Shown here: positions 23,834 to 35,500 of the stretch, one piece after another
Layout of the letters: each line of letters starts with the position of its first letter
Numbering within the stretch: position 1 is the first letter of the stretch
From: Cyanophora paradoxa CCMP329
Taxonomy: Eukaryota; Plantae; Glaucophyta
Direction: 5' to 3'
Length of the DNA: 64,000 nt
Assembly (NCBI GenBank): GCA_004431415.1
Contig: QPMI01000117.1
Location: 248,001-312,000 of the forward strand
The notes under the pieces: generated by a model
Database searches by the model: none
What the model saw: only the letters and a program-made list of their open reading frames with translations
What the model was told of the DNA's origin: nothing
Translations under genes and position numbers: made by a program

Positions 23834-25997
23834 ATGGTAAAGATTACCGGCTGGGGCAACCTGGACGCTTGCTCGGCAAACGGGGCGGCGCTTGTCAGCC
23901 GCTCGGTCGGCGCGGCCAACGCTAGCGAAGCCGCACCGACCGTCCGCGACGTGTGCTTGCAGCCCTCCGTTACACACTACTCGTCGGAGTTCGAAGAAAC
24001 GCCCTGCGCGCCATGGTGCATATATACATGTACATGTACATTCGTATTAATCATCAAGGCGTGGCCCGCGGCCGCCCCCCGGGCCCGCCCTGTCGCTCTT
24101 CTTTTCTGATCGTAAGGTGTGTACCTGTGCTCAGCCCGGCGGTCTCGAAGATACAGACGTGCGCGGAAGCTGTCTTCGTGCACATGATCGCGTCTCGCTC
24201 AAGCTAACGTCCCTCTCGCGATCGCGCAGGTACTCCACGTCGAATTGCAGCGGAAAAGCGCTCCTGACGAGGACCTTCCAAGGGGAGCTCACGGAGCAAA
24301 CCCTCGCGGACTCATGCGGCGGATCGGGCGCCACGTACTACACTGCCGCCAAAGGCGCGTTCGGGGGCACGCAGGCTGCCTGCACCAAGTGGTGCGTGCC
24401 AGAAGCATAAATATATATAAATGAACATATTTATCCACATCAATTCAATTTTGCAAACGAAACTCAATATTAATTTCGTCCACACGCACTGCTCAATTTT
24501 TGCGTGTCCGACGGTCCACACGCACTGCGGCAGCCCCACTCTGACGGCGGTCTACGCATACTCCAACAAATCGCCGGCTGCCGGGGACGCCGTTTGCAAC
24601 ACCAAGAAGGTGGTAGACGTGAAGTACTACCACGGGGAGCTGACGGCGGACGACCCAAGGCTCTCTGCGGACGTCGTCTGCGATGCCGTCGAGTCGCGCT
24701 CATACGGTGCCAAGGTCTTGCCGAACGGCAATGCGAAGTCTGCTACCGATCTCATCCCGTGCACGCGCTGGTGACCCTCTTCCTATAAGCGTCGAGATAT
24801 TTCTGATTATGCCCCATGACCAGCCCCGCACTAAGCATCGTGACCACTTACCCCTTCGACAATTCTTGCGATACGTGGGTGGACCCAGAGCGGCAAGAGA
24901 AGACGGCAAAGATGGCGGAGCTCATGAACAAGGGTGTGGCGCCGATGACGCGCGAGGAACTGGTCGACTTGCAGAGCATCAAGGTCAACTTGGAAACTTT
25001 CGCCGATAAATTCAAGAATGATGAAAACTCTTTGAAGAGGGACGCCTGCTTTAAAGAAGAGGTGCGTGTTTATGTGCGGACCCGGGCATTCGAATTCTAT
25101 TCATGATCATGAATACTAGCGAGCCGCTGAGCGAGCTTGAGAATCGTAATGGCATTCGTTTCGATGGAACAATATATAATCCACATATTCCACATATTAT
25201 GCGCAGATGTCGCGCTGGGAGGACGGGAAAGCTAAGGCCGGATTGACGAACGAGGAGGCGAAGGAGCTGGTGAAGTTGGCGCTGGATTTCGCCGACGATC
25301 CGCCGGAGTGGGTTTCGTTCACGAGCGCCCCCTTCGACTACGGAGACGAGGCCGCAAGGACGGCCGCCATTAAGGCCGCCTGCAGTGCCACCTACACCAC
25401 GTTCAGCAGATGGGATGGAAGCAAATCCCTCCTCTCCAACGCAAAATACGAGACCGTCCCGCACAAGAGCTACTCGCTCTCGAATCTCACGTGGCTCGGT
25501 GTCGCGCCTGGCACGGCTGTACCTTCCGGCTGCACGCCCTGGTGCGGATCGGGATCGCCCCCGTGCCCGGCTCGGCCTTCGATCACGATCGCAATGTTTA
25601 AATCACGAGTCTCACATGAGGCGCCGCAGCCCGAAGTCTCAACAGCTTGATGGCGCCATGCAGGTGCGGCTATGGGCTCCTTGGCTTGGGCCGCACGCGT
25701 GAGCTCGATCACACCTGCTCATAAGGCGCCACACAGGAGGCGGCCGCGGAGCTCGAGGAGGCGGAGTTCGAGGGGGATCTGGAGGAGGCGGACTTTGCCC
25801 TCGACCTCCAGCTCGCCTCCTGCACGCCGGTGCGCACTAGCTATAGTGTACTGGCCTGGCATATGTATATGCGCGGCTTCCCCTGACCACGATCTCTCTC
25901 CGAGGCTCGAGCTTCTTTGAATTCCCCGAACCGCACTAATTTCAGCTTCCACGTGCGCGCGCAGGATGCGGAGCTTGTGGAGGATTTTACATTGTAG
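23834..25997 (+). CDS. multi-exon Cys-module protein C with acidic tail
   Basis: MVKITGWGNLDACSANG; exons YSTSNCSG...DSCGGSGATYY...ACTKW, AYSNK...VCNT...VVCDAV, TYPFDNSCDTW..., ...GCTPW; tail ELEEAEFEGDLEEADFALD...DAELVEDFTL*. Confidence 0.6.
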
Positions 25998-26339
25998 CGA
26001 ATTTCGCCAATCGCAAGTTGTAGCCTCCAGCTCAGACTCTGCCTGAGAAGCTGGAGCTTTTAGCTCAAGATCAATTTCTCATTCTCTAGGCCTATATAGC
26101 TATTATTGAAATACGAACTACATATGCGCACATGCGCCGTGGCACATTAATATTGTAGATCGGAGCCGAAAGAGGACACTTGCACAATGTACAACTTCCC
26201 TTGCTATCTGCGCATACGTATATACGTATGCATCGTCTGTGTCGTCGATGGGACTAGTGTACATGTATGTGCAAACAGCAAGAGATTGATATCGGTGCTG
26301 GCGGAGGGGAGAAGGTGGCGAGCACCTTCGCCCCTGCTC

Positions 26340-29300
26340 GTCTCGAAGAGGGGCGAGGACGGCGGGGAAGAGGGGCAGCCCTGCGAGCAAAGCGACCCGA
26401 AGGGAGCTCAGTGAGCTGCGATTGGGCGACAGAGAGGGCGGCGGGGCGGGGCGGGGCGGGCCGGCGTCCTCGGCGAGGGCGCAGCGGTCGCGCAGCGCGT
26501 CGCTCCCGATCGTCCGCGCGCTGCGGAGGCGACGGAGGCGGCGCGCGGCGGGGGGCGCGGGGGGGGGGGGGGGGGGGGGGAAGGGGGAGGGGGGGGAGAT
26601 GGGGGGGGGGGCGCAGTCGGTCGCAGAAACGGGACGAGAATCGGAACCTGAGGGCGGAAGAGATAACGAAATTTGAAATTAGAGCGGAATTAGGTGTAGA
26701 ATCGGAATGAAAACCGGCACCTCTACGCGAATTGAAGGGAGGCCGGCAGTGCACAGCGGGCGCAGAGGCGTGACGAGACGCGGCACCTGAGGACGGAATG
26801 AGAGCGGAATCGGAATAACGTGAAAGGGAATTGGAAGCGGCACCTGAGGACGGAATGAGAACGAAAAAGCGAACGGAATTAGAGATAAGAGCGGAATTAG
26901 GTGTAAAAACGGCAGGAGGACGAATTAGAACGGGATTGGAAATTATCGAAAGGGAATCGGAGGCGGCGCCTGAGGACGGGGACGAGCCCCGCGCACTTGG
27001 GGTGACCGATGGCGCCCGCCCCCGCCCCGCCTCCTCCCCCCCCCTCCCCCTCCCCCTCCTCCTCCGCCCCCTCCTCGTCGGGGGCGGCGTCGAGCCAGCA
27101 GGCGACGCCCTTGGCCCGCAGGCCCCGCGCAAGCCGCCCCCGCCCCCGCCCCGCTGCCCCCGCCCGCAGGCCCGGCCCCGACCCTCAGCAAGCAAGCTTT
27201 AGGGGTACCGGGGCTCCGAGGGAGGTACCGGGCGAGGAGGAGGCGGACGCCCTCGGCGGTGCCGCGCGCCGCGCACGCGAAGACCAGCGGCACCCGCGGC
27301 GCCCCCTCCGCCGCCCCCTGCGCCCAACGTGAGGGCGGAAGGCGAAGTAAGAGGGGAGGAAAGGGGCGGACGCCCATGGCGTAGTATGCGGCGTCGGTGC
27401 GGGCGTCGGGGTCCGCCGGGGGGGCCGGGTGCGCCTCAGGGGTACAAAGCGCACTGGCGCCGCGCTCGAGCATGCGGAGGACGACGGCGGGGCCCATCCC
27501 GTGCGAGCACGCCAGCACCAGCAGGGGTACCCCTGCCAGGCGCTCTCGGGGAGGGGGGGAGAGGAGGGGCGGGGAAGGGGGGTACCATCGAGAGTCCGGC
27601 CGCTGACGGGGGCGCCCCGATCGATCATCTGCGGCCAAGTGATGAGCCGGGCCCGAAGGGGTACAGTTCGCGTGGGGGGGGGGTACGCGCCTCGGCGACG
27701 AGGGTCCGCCACGCGTCCCGCCCGTCCTCCCCCCCGTCCTGCCTCTGGGGAGGGGGATCAAATGGGGGGGGGAGGAGGAGGAGGAGGGGATCATCCTGCC
27801 TCTGGGGAGGAGGGCTCAGAAGGGGGGTGGAAGGGAAGGGGGGTACAGCGCACCGGTCGTCGTCCAACGCCCATCGCGATCGCGAGCGGCGCCTCCTCCC
27901 CGGGGACCGTCCTGGGGGGTACCATCAATCCTGGGGCGGGAGGGGTACCGGAGGCAAGGGAGGGGGGTACGGGGAGCAGTCCGCTCCGGCGGCGACGAGC
28001 GCCCTCGCCATTCGAACGTTGCCGAACTGGAAAAAAGTCGATTCAGTTCTGAATTTGAGGCCGGACGCGAGCCGGGGGGGAGGGGGGTACGGCTCGCACC
28101 CCCTGCCAGCCCTTCAGCGCGGAGTACAGGTGCGGGCGCGCCTCCTCCAGCGCCTCGTCGTCGTTCGGGTCCGCCCCCGCCGCCAGCATCTGCTCCACGA
28201 GGGGTACGAGCTCAAGCCTGGAGGGTACGCCGTCACACTCCGCCGGCCGCGCCTTGGGGGGTACGGCGGCGCACCGGACGGCGGCGCCGAGGGGCGACGC
28301 GCCGCTCGCCGTGCAGCGCGCGAAGTCGGCTCGGGCTGCAGGGCGGGGTTGGGGATGGGGCGCGGTACCCCGGGGACGGATCCACGTACCCATCTGGCCC
28401 CTCTTGGCGAGGATCGCCAGGATCGCGGCCTGAGAGGGGTACCCGTCAGTCCCGCCCAAGAGCGGGCGGGAGGGGTACGCGCGCCTGCGCTTCGCGGTTC
28501 CTCTGCGGGCGGGCGGCGGGGCGTCAGGGGCCGGCGGGCGGGCGGGAGGGGGGGGGGCAGATCAAATCACGGCGCGCCGGCTTCTGGCGGGCGTAGGCGG
28601 CGAAGTGGAGCGGAGTGGCGCCGTCGGCGTCGGCGGCGCGCGGGTCGGCCCCCGCGTCGAGCAGCGCCCCCACGAGCTCCGGCGCGTCCCCTGCGAACGA
28701 AGTCGGGGCGGGGCGGGGCGGGGCGGGGCGGGGCGGACCGTGGCAGGCGAGGTGGAGGGGCTGCTTGCCGCCCTCGTCGGCAGCCGCCGCGTTCGCCCCG
28801 CCGCCAGCAGCACCCGCGCCACCTCCAGCGTCCTGCGCCGCCGCGCCGCGCCCTCGGGCTCGGGCTCGGGCTCCGGCGGGCGGCTCGGCGGGCTCGGGCC
28901 GGGCTCGGGCCGCACCCGCTCTCGACGGACTCGTGGAGCGGCGTCCGCCGCGAGGCGCTCCGTCCGTTGACGTCCGCGCCGCGCGCCAGCAGCCAGCGCG
29001 CCGCCTCCGCCCGCGCGTTCGAGTACGCGCAGTGGTGCCTGCGCCGCGCCGCCGCCGCCGCCGAGCGCCGATCAGCGCGCGCCGATCCGGGAGGGGCGGC
29101 GCGGTCGCTCACAGCGCGAGGCATCCGTAGCGGTCGGCGGCGATGCTGAGGGCCGCCGCGTGGCGCTCGGCGACGAGCTCCGCCTCCTCCCGAAGCTCCC
29201 GCCACGCGCAGACCGCCGCGTGCAGCGGGAGGCCCGCCTCCTGCGCAGGAGGACCTTCTACGTAAGCGCATGTCTCTCCGCTCAGCCAGCGGGCCGCGCG

Positions 29301-29552
29301 TAGCCTCCAGCTAGCGCTCGAGCTCGGGAGCCTCGGGTGTCTTAGCTACGCGCGGCCGGCCTCGCGGGGAACGAGGCAGCGTGTACAGGACCGAGTAAAG
29401 GGCGGAGATGCGGCTGCGGAGCGCGGGGGCGCGCGGCGGGCCGGCGCACCGCGTCCTCGTCTCTGGGGAAGATCTGGCCCTCCGCGCGCGCCCGAACCGC
29501 CCGCAGCGCCCGCTCGTACGTCAGGCCGGCGCCCGCCATCGCCTCAGAGGCG
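26340..29552 (-). pseudogene. inverted, internally deleted paralog of the ankyrin-TIR gene
   Basis: Reverse complement matches 4197-6810 joined directly to ~11830-12420, introns included; ATG at 29539; junction near 27135 is out of frame as assembled. Confidence 0.88.
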
Positions 29553-29588
29553 AGTGGCACGGCCGCGGCTCGGGAGCGCTCAAGCACA

Positions 29589-32500
29589 ATGAAAACAAGA
29601 AAACAAAGTGTACCCCACCCCGAGGAGCTTCTTGGCGAATCCCGCGGTCGACGTCGACTCGCCGCGCGAGCGGATCGGAAGGAACGAGAGAATCGCCAAT
29701 TGGTACGCGTGCGCGCGTGCGTGGGTCTCTTCATCGGTCGATTCAAAATTGAAGGTGCCGGCGCATGCGCAGCAGCTGCGATTGAGGCGAGCGCAAAGCG
29801 GAGAGCGAGCGCGTCGCAAGTAGCGCGATCGCAAGGATGGGAGCGTCCCAGGCGCGGAGAGCATGGGATGGTGCGCATGCGCCGCCATTCGAATTGAATT
29901 CGCCGCCGGGCGCCGCGATGAAGCGAGCGAGCCGCAGAGAGCGAAGAGAGCGCATTCGACCATGAAGAAGGTGCGCCAGATGCATGCGGCAGCGCCCTGT
30001 GCGCTGCGGCCGCGCGCGGGCCGCCGAGTAAGCTTTAAGACGCGTACGCGTACGCGCGGCGGCCGTGCGCGGGCGCCGGCAACGCTCCGCCTGCGCTTAT
30101 CATGAGCTGATCGCGCTCTCCTCGCGCAGGGTGCACGTGCGACTCGTGCGAGCCCGGCGCGGTGTCCGAGCTCGAGGCGGAGCTCGAGGCGGCAGATCTA
30201 GACGAGCACGGCGCCGGCGCCACGCGTACGGCCGGCAGAACAGCGGCCGAGCTCGAGGCTGCAGAGCGCTCGGAGGTGCGCATCTTACTTATGTTACAGC
30301 GCACGCGTGCGTGCTGCTTGCGTGTCGTCTAGTGTGCTAATCTTAAGCTTTCTATCTCCTTCGAAAATCGTCAGCGGGAGCAGCTGCGCAAGCAACAGCT
30401 CATGTTGCGAGAGTACCTTTCAAGAGCGCCAGTAGCGGCGCCAGCAGCTGCAGCTGGACCAGGTGAGCGTGCGCGGCAAGCGCGCGGGCGCTTGGCAAGC
30501 ACTAGTGGGCGTGCCGTGCTTAAAAGTGGATGTGCAATTGCAAACTGCGCCGCAGTGTCAGGTCCAGGATCAACAGGTGGCGTACGGGGCAGTCCATCGT
30601 CAAGATCGATGAATGGTGTGGCTAAAACGAAAATAGGTGCGCAGCGCAGACTGGGTCGCAACCTTTTCTGGACCCGCGGCCGAGGGATCTAAGACGTCGA
30701 CGTCGCCGCGGCAGATCTAGAGCCCGCGATTGCGCGGAGTTCTACGAGCACTTCCCGCACGAGTACAGCAAGACAGGATCAAGACTGGCTTTGCGGAAGG
30801 ACTGGCTGTGAGTATGCAGGATATCGCGTGCGTGGGAAGAAGCGACCTGCAGTCCCGGTTCTAGATCTCGATCTCGAGCCCGAAGGAACAGGTCCGGGGC
30901 CCACGGAGGAACCTCAATGCTTTAAAAGAGTCTGAATGTGCTGCAGAGACAGGATATACGGCATCAGCCTCCTCGTCATCGTCAACTTCGTTGGCACGTG
31001 CACAGACGAGCGGAAGCAGCAGTGGCACTGGAGCTTTGAAGCAGGCTGCGAAGGCTACGACAAAAGCGAAGCCAGCTTTGAAGCAGGCTGCAAAGGCTAC
31101 GACAAAAGCGAAGCCAGGTCTGGGTGGGCTATACATGTCGGCGGCGCTGGCCGAGATCTTACCAGCGTAACAGGAATTACCTCATCGGCCAATCCAGCTG
31201 CAGAATCGATGCCTGCAGCAGCAGCTGCTGCGATGAAAATCGCTGTAGATTCAGGTGCGTTCGGGACGCGGAAGGAGCGCTGACGATGGCCACTAGCGAG
31301 GGGAATTTATGTTGGGGCAGGGAATTCGAATGCTGGCGACGACCAGAATCGGCCTCCGTGTGGACCGGGTGCGGCTGCAGCACATCAACGGAAATCATCC
31401 ACTGCAGACTTCGGGAGTTTTGAAGTTGAGCAAGAAAATCTTCCTCCAAAAAGCAGCAATGCTGCGCTTCCCCGGTGAGGATCAGCACTTCGGCAATTTC
31501 TGCTGCATTATTATTTGCAGAGCGACAATAATTTATGCCGCCACAGTTCTACAGCTTCCGGATCCGTCGTTCGCCCTGCTCACCGCAGTTGGGAGGACGA
31601 AGTGAAGCGCATCGCCGAGGAGCTCGATAGCGAGGAAGACTTGCCAGAGCAGACGATGCAAAAGTCATCGACGACGTCGACGGCAAGCCTGGTGGCGCAG
31701 GTACCTGCGCACTTCGTGAAAAGAATTTCGCCAACTACGGGTACGGCTCACTTCGGATCTGCTGCTGAGGCGAAACTAAAGCACGCGAGCACAGGTGCGA
31801 CAAGCCGGAAGCTTAAGCAGTCGCTTTGGAAGATCTGACTATGTCCGCGACGGCTGCAGCTGCAGGGGCGTTTGCAAGTAGCGCCAGCGTCCAGGCTCGC
31901 GCATCGGTTTCGAAGCCGATCGCAAAAGGATCAGGTGCTCATCGTGATCGTCAGGGGACTTCGACATTTGCATTTACCAGAAGCGATTCAGGCTTACCTG
32001 TGAACCGCGTTGGAGGGAGCGCGTACGTGTCAGCTGCAGTGTCGTCGCTATTGTCCATGAACCCGGCGTCAATCAAGGCTGCAGCTAGCGCTGCCAGCTG
32101 CGGCCAGCCTTCGGGAGCCTTCGGGGCGCCTGCGCAGGCCAGGAGCGGCGAGGCACTCACGTCCAAGAGTGGGACGGGCAACCCTGCCTACGTCAAATCA
32201 CATCTCTGGGCAGATCTAGAGTTCGACAGTTTCGAGAATGAACAGACGGCCATCACGGCGATGCCCGCCTACGCCAAGAAGTCCTTCGAGGAGCTCCGCT
32301 GGGAGGACCACCGGATTGTCGAGAAGGGCATCACAGAGGTAACCTAACTATTTGCTTCCTAGACCCTGCGCATGCCCTTGTGCGTGGCTCGATCTGATTA
32401 ATTATCCTCGGCAGATGATCGATATCTCTGGTGGTACGCACCAAATTGTTCTCCTCCTCCTCTTCTGACCTGATCTTGTGACCGCGCGCGCCTCAGGAGG

Positions 32501-35500
32501 GACCACGCCTTTTCTTTCCGCCAGAAAAAGTGCCAATCTAATTCAGTCCGCTCGGGGTACTGTGCATTTGCGACCAGCCTCTGCAGATCTTCTTCTTTCT
32601 GTATCGAGAACACTCTGGCGGCGGCTGCAGGAGGTGAAAGCCGCGCATCACCACGAGCGTGCTTCGCGCAGCTCTTTGCAGAAGGTGTGCATGTTCATGG
32701 TATTTCGCTTTTGCATGGCTCGTGCACTCTTACTTGCTCATGCTCACATGTGCAGGCTCACTCATCGCTGAAGATCGATCTGGCGGAGGTTCCCTAACCT
32801 TTTGAGTTAATTCCTGCTACCGCAATTCACTCACCCTGTTCGTGTTATTTGAGCAGGCATCTCGAAAAATCGAAACTCTTGAGAAAGAGGTGTCGAAGGT
32901 TTGTCGTAATATTTTAAATCTGTGTGCTCGCAATATGAATCATGGAGCCCATTCCACTCCATTTTACAGATGAAGCAGTCAGACAACATTCAACACGTTA
33001 TTAAGCTCGAAAGTGAAATCGATAGGGTAAGCTACACCCGGCGCTCAATCTTCACATTCGCTTACAGCGCTGTAGATCAAGCACGAAAACGGGGCTCTCG
33101 CTGAGAAGGTCAGATTGGCTGCAGTCGAAATCACAGAGCTCAAGAAGGTGCGCGGAATAATATTCTACTTCCTTTCTATTCGAATTTGCTCTCATGCGCG
33201 TGCATATGCATGTGGATGATTGCAATTGATCACAGAAAGTAGAGATCGCAACGAAGGTGATGCAAAGTTTCGGCCTAGATCTAGAGCCGCGACCGGCTAC
33301 TTCTATATATGTCTGACGTTCAATTCAGGAGAAGGAACTCGTCTCTTTGCGATGCCAACGCCAGGAGGCGCACTTGAAGCGCGCTGTGGAGGACGCGAAT
33401 TCGAAGCAGCAGACGGGCGCCGCGGCCGAGCAGCTGCAGCGCGTGACGGCGGAGCTTGCGGAGGCCCGAGCGGAGGCCGATCGGCTCACAGAGGACCTTG
33501 CGAACACCGTTCGGCAGCGCGAGGCGGCTCTCACGCAGAAGGACCAGCAGATCGCGGCCCTGACCGAGCAGCTCGACAAAGCAGTCCAGGAGAAGGAGAA
33601 GGCGCTCGAGGCCGCGCGGGCTTCGGAGCGCGAGCGCGAGCAGGCGCAGGAGGCGCGGGATCGGGCGCAAACAGATGCGCGCCAGGCGGCGGAGCGCCAA
33701 CACAAGGCGGAAAAGGAAGCCGAGAGTCACAAGAGCGCGACGAACAAGGTGGATTGCGCTTGCGATAAGAATCGCGCGGGGCTGGGATCGTGTTGTGCCA
33801 CCATTTAAACAATACATGTACAGGCCTAGGGAGTCTTAAGCTTGTCGCGATCTTAATTCGCCATCGCTAATTTATTTGCAGGAGCGGGAGGACGCGGTCC
33901 GCAACATCCGGACGGCGGGCGCGAAGTTCAAGAAGGCGGTGGAGGAGCGGGACGCGGCGCGGGCGGAGGCGGAGCGGCTGAGGGCGCAGCTCGCGGAGGC
34001 CGAGCGCGTCGTGCAGGAGACCTTCGAGCAGCAGGCCCGCCCGCCCGTGCCCGCACCCTCACCACCGCGGCGTCGTCGCCGCAGTTTGCGATCACTCACG
34101 CATCCACGCTCCGGCAGGCGCAGGCTTCCTCCGAAGGACCGAAGCGGCAGTCGGCCCCGGCGAAGAAGCTGCAGGCGGATCTGAACGCGGCACAGCTGGC
34201 CAGGAGCAAGGCCGAACAGGCGTGCGCCAAAGGGGAAGAAGAGAAGAGGGCGATGGCCTGCCAGATCGCTGAATTGGAGGTCCGACATCTCCTCCATTTC
34301 TCTCTTTCGAATTCGCGATCGTGATTGTATTGTTCAAATGCTGTATATATCAGGAAGACGCTCGCAAGCGCGAACAAACCCAACGGCCTCTGCACGAGAA
34401 ACTTCGCGCGCTCCGAGAAAGCCAGTGAGCCGTTTTCGAAATCTTAAATTCAATCCACCGGCAGAGAAGCTTTAGCGCTGTTATATGTGACCGGCTGCTG
34501 TACAGAGCGATTCTCCTCAAACTGTTCTTCGAGCACGAGCGGAAGCGCGCTCTGAAGGCGCTCAAGCTCCCCAAGCCGAAAAGCGCTCCCACAATCAAGC
34601 TCAAGGTGCGACAACCGTCGAATGCTTAAATCCAATCAGCTCGAACGTTAATGCTGCGATGTCACAGGTCTCCAGGTCTACAGAGGAGAGCCGGCTCGCG
34701 TCCTTCGACACGGCCTTCGCGGCCTACGAGCGGGCGGACCCGCGGGAGCGGCAGCAGCTCGCGGACGCCTTCTCCCACGTCCTCGAAGTCACGTTCGCGG
34801 GCGAGACGGGCGTCGACCAGAGCGGCCTCTCCCGCGAGTTCTTCCGCCTGGTACGGTGCCGGCGCCGCGCTTGTGGTTAGCGGTGTTCAAGCTTTGATAC
34901 TTCGCGCTCTGCGCAGTTCTTCGCGGATGTAGAACGGCTGCGCGCCGGGCCCGCTGAGGACGCACCGTTGCTGCTCGGCCGGCACTCGGCCGGACGCGGC
35001 CGGCTCCCCATCGCAGCCGCTTTGAGCCCGAGGTGCAGTCCAGCGGGCTGCCGCCTTGTCTAGATTTCCCTTCGCCTGCCTAAAGCTTGTGGCGCAGCTC
35101 TTCGAATTCGAAGAGCTTGAAGCGAGTTGCGGCGGGCACGGATCAGGAGCCGCCGACCAAGCGTGCCTGCGGCGAGGGGCGGGGGCGGCCGGCGAGGAGG
35201 GCGGCGGGGAGTCCCACCCCGCAGGCGTCGACGTCCTCGAGCTCGCAAGCGCCCATCGTCGAACTGGATACAGGCGAGAATTCGAGCGAACCGAAATTAA
35301 ACAGCCTCCGCGTCGAATTTCGATATATATTGATATTTCGACTGTGCGCAGACGACAAAGAGCGCCGCGAGTCTGACGAGGGCGTTTCGGACCTGCGCGC
35401 CAAGTACCGTTTCATTGGCGTCGCGTTGGCACGCGGTGCGTCGCGCACGCTGATTTTAAGACGCCGCTCTATTCACGATGTTTACGATGCCAGCGCTCGC

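Noticed and set aside
27329-29149. 606-aa plus-strand ORF
   Set aside because: Antisense shadow of the inverted ankyrin copy
32170-32340. Calling the gene Nup98
   Set aside because: No FG/GLFG array or autoprotease domain is seen; only the GLEBS motif, upstream of HECT exons
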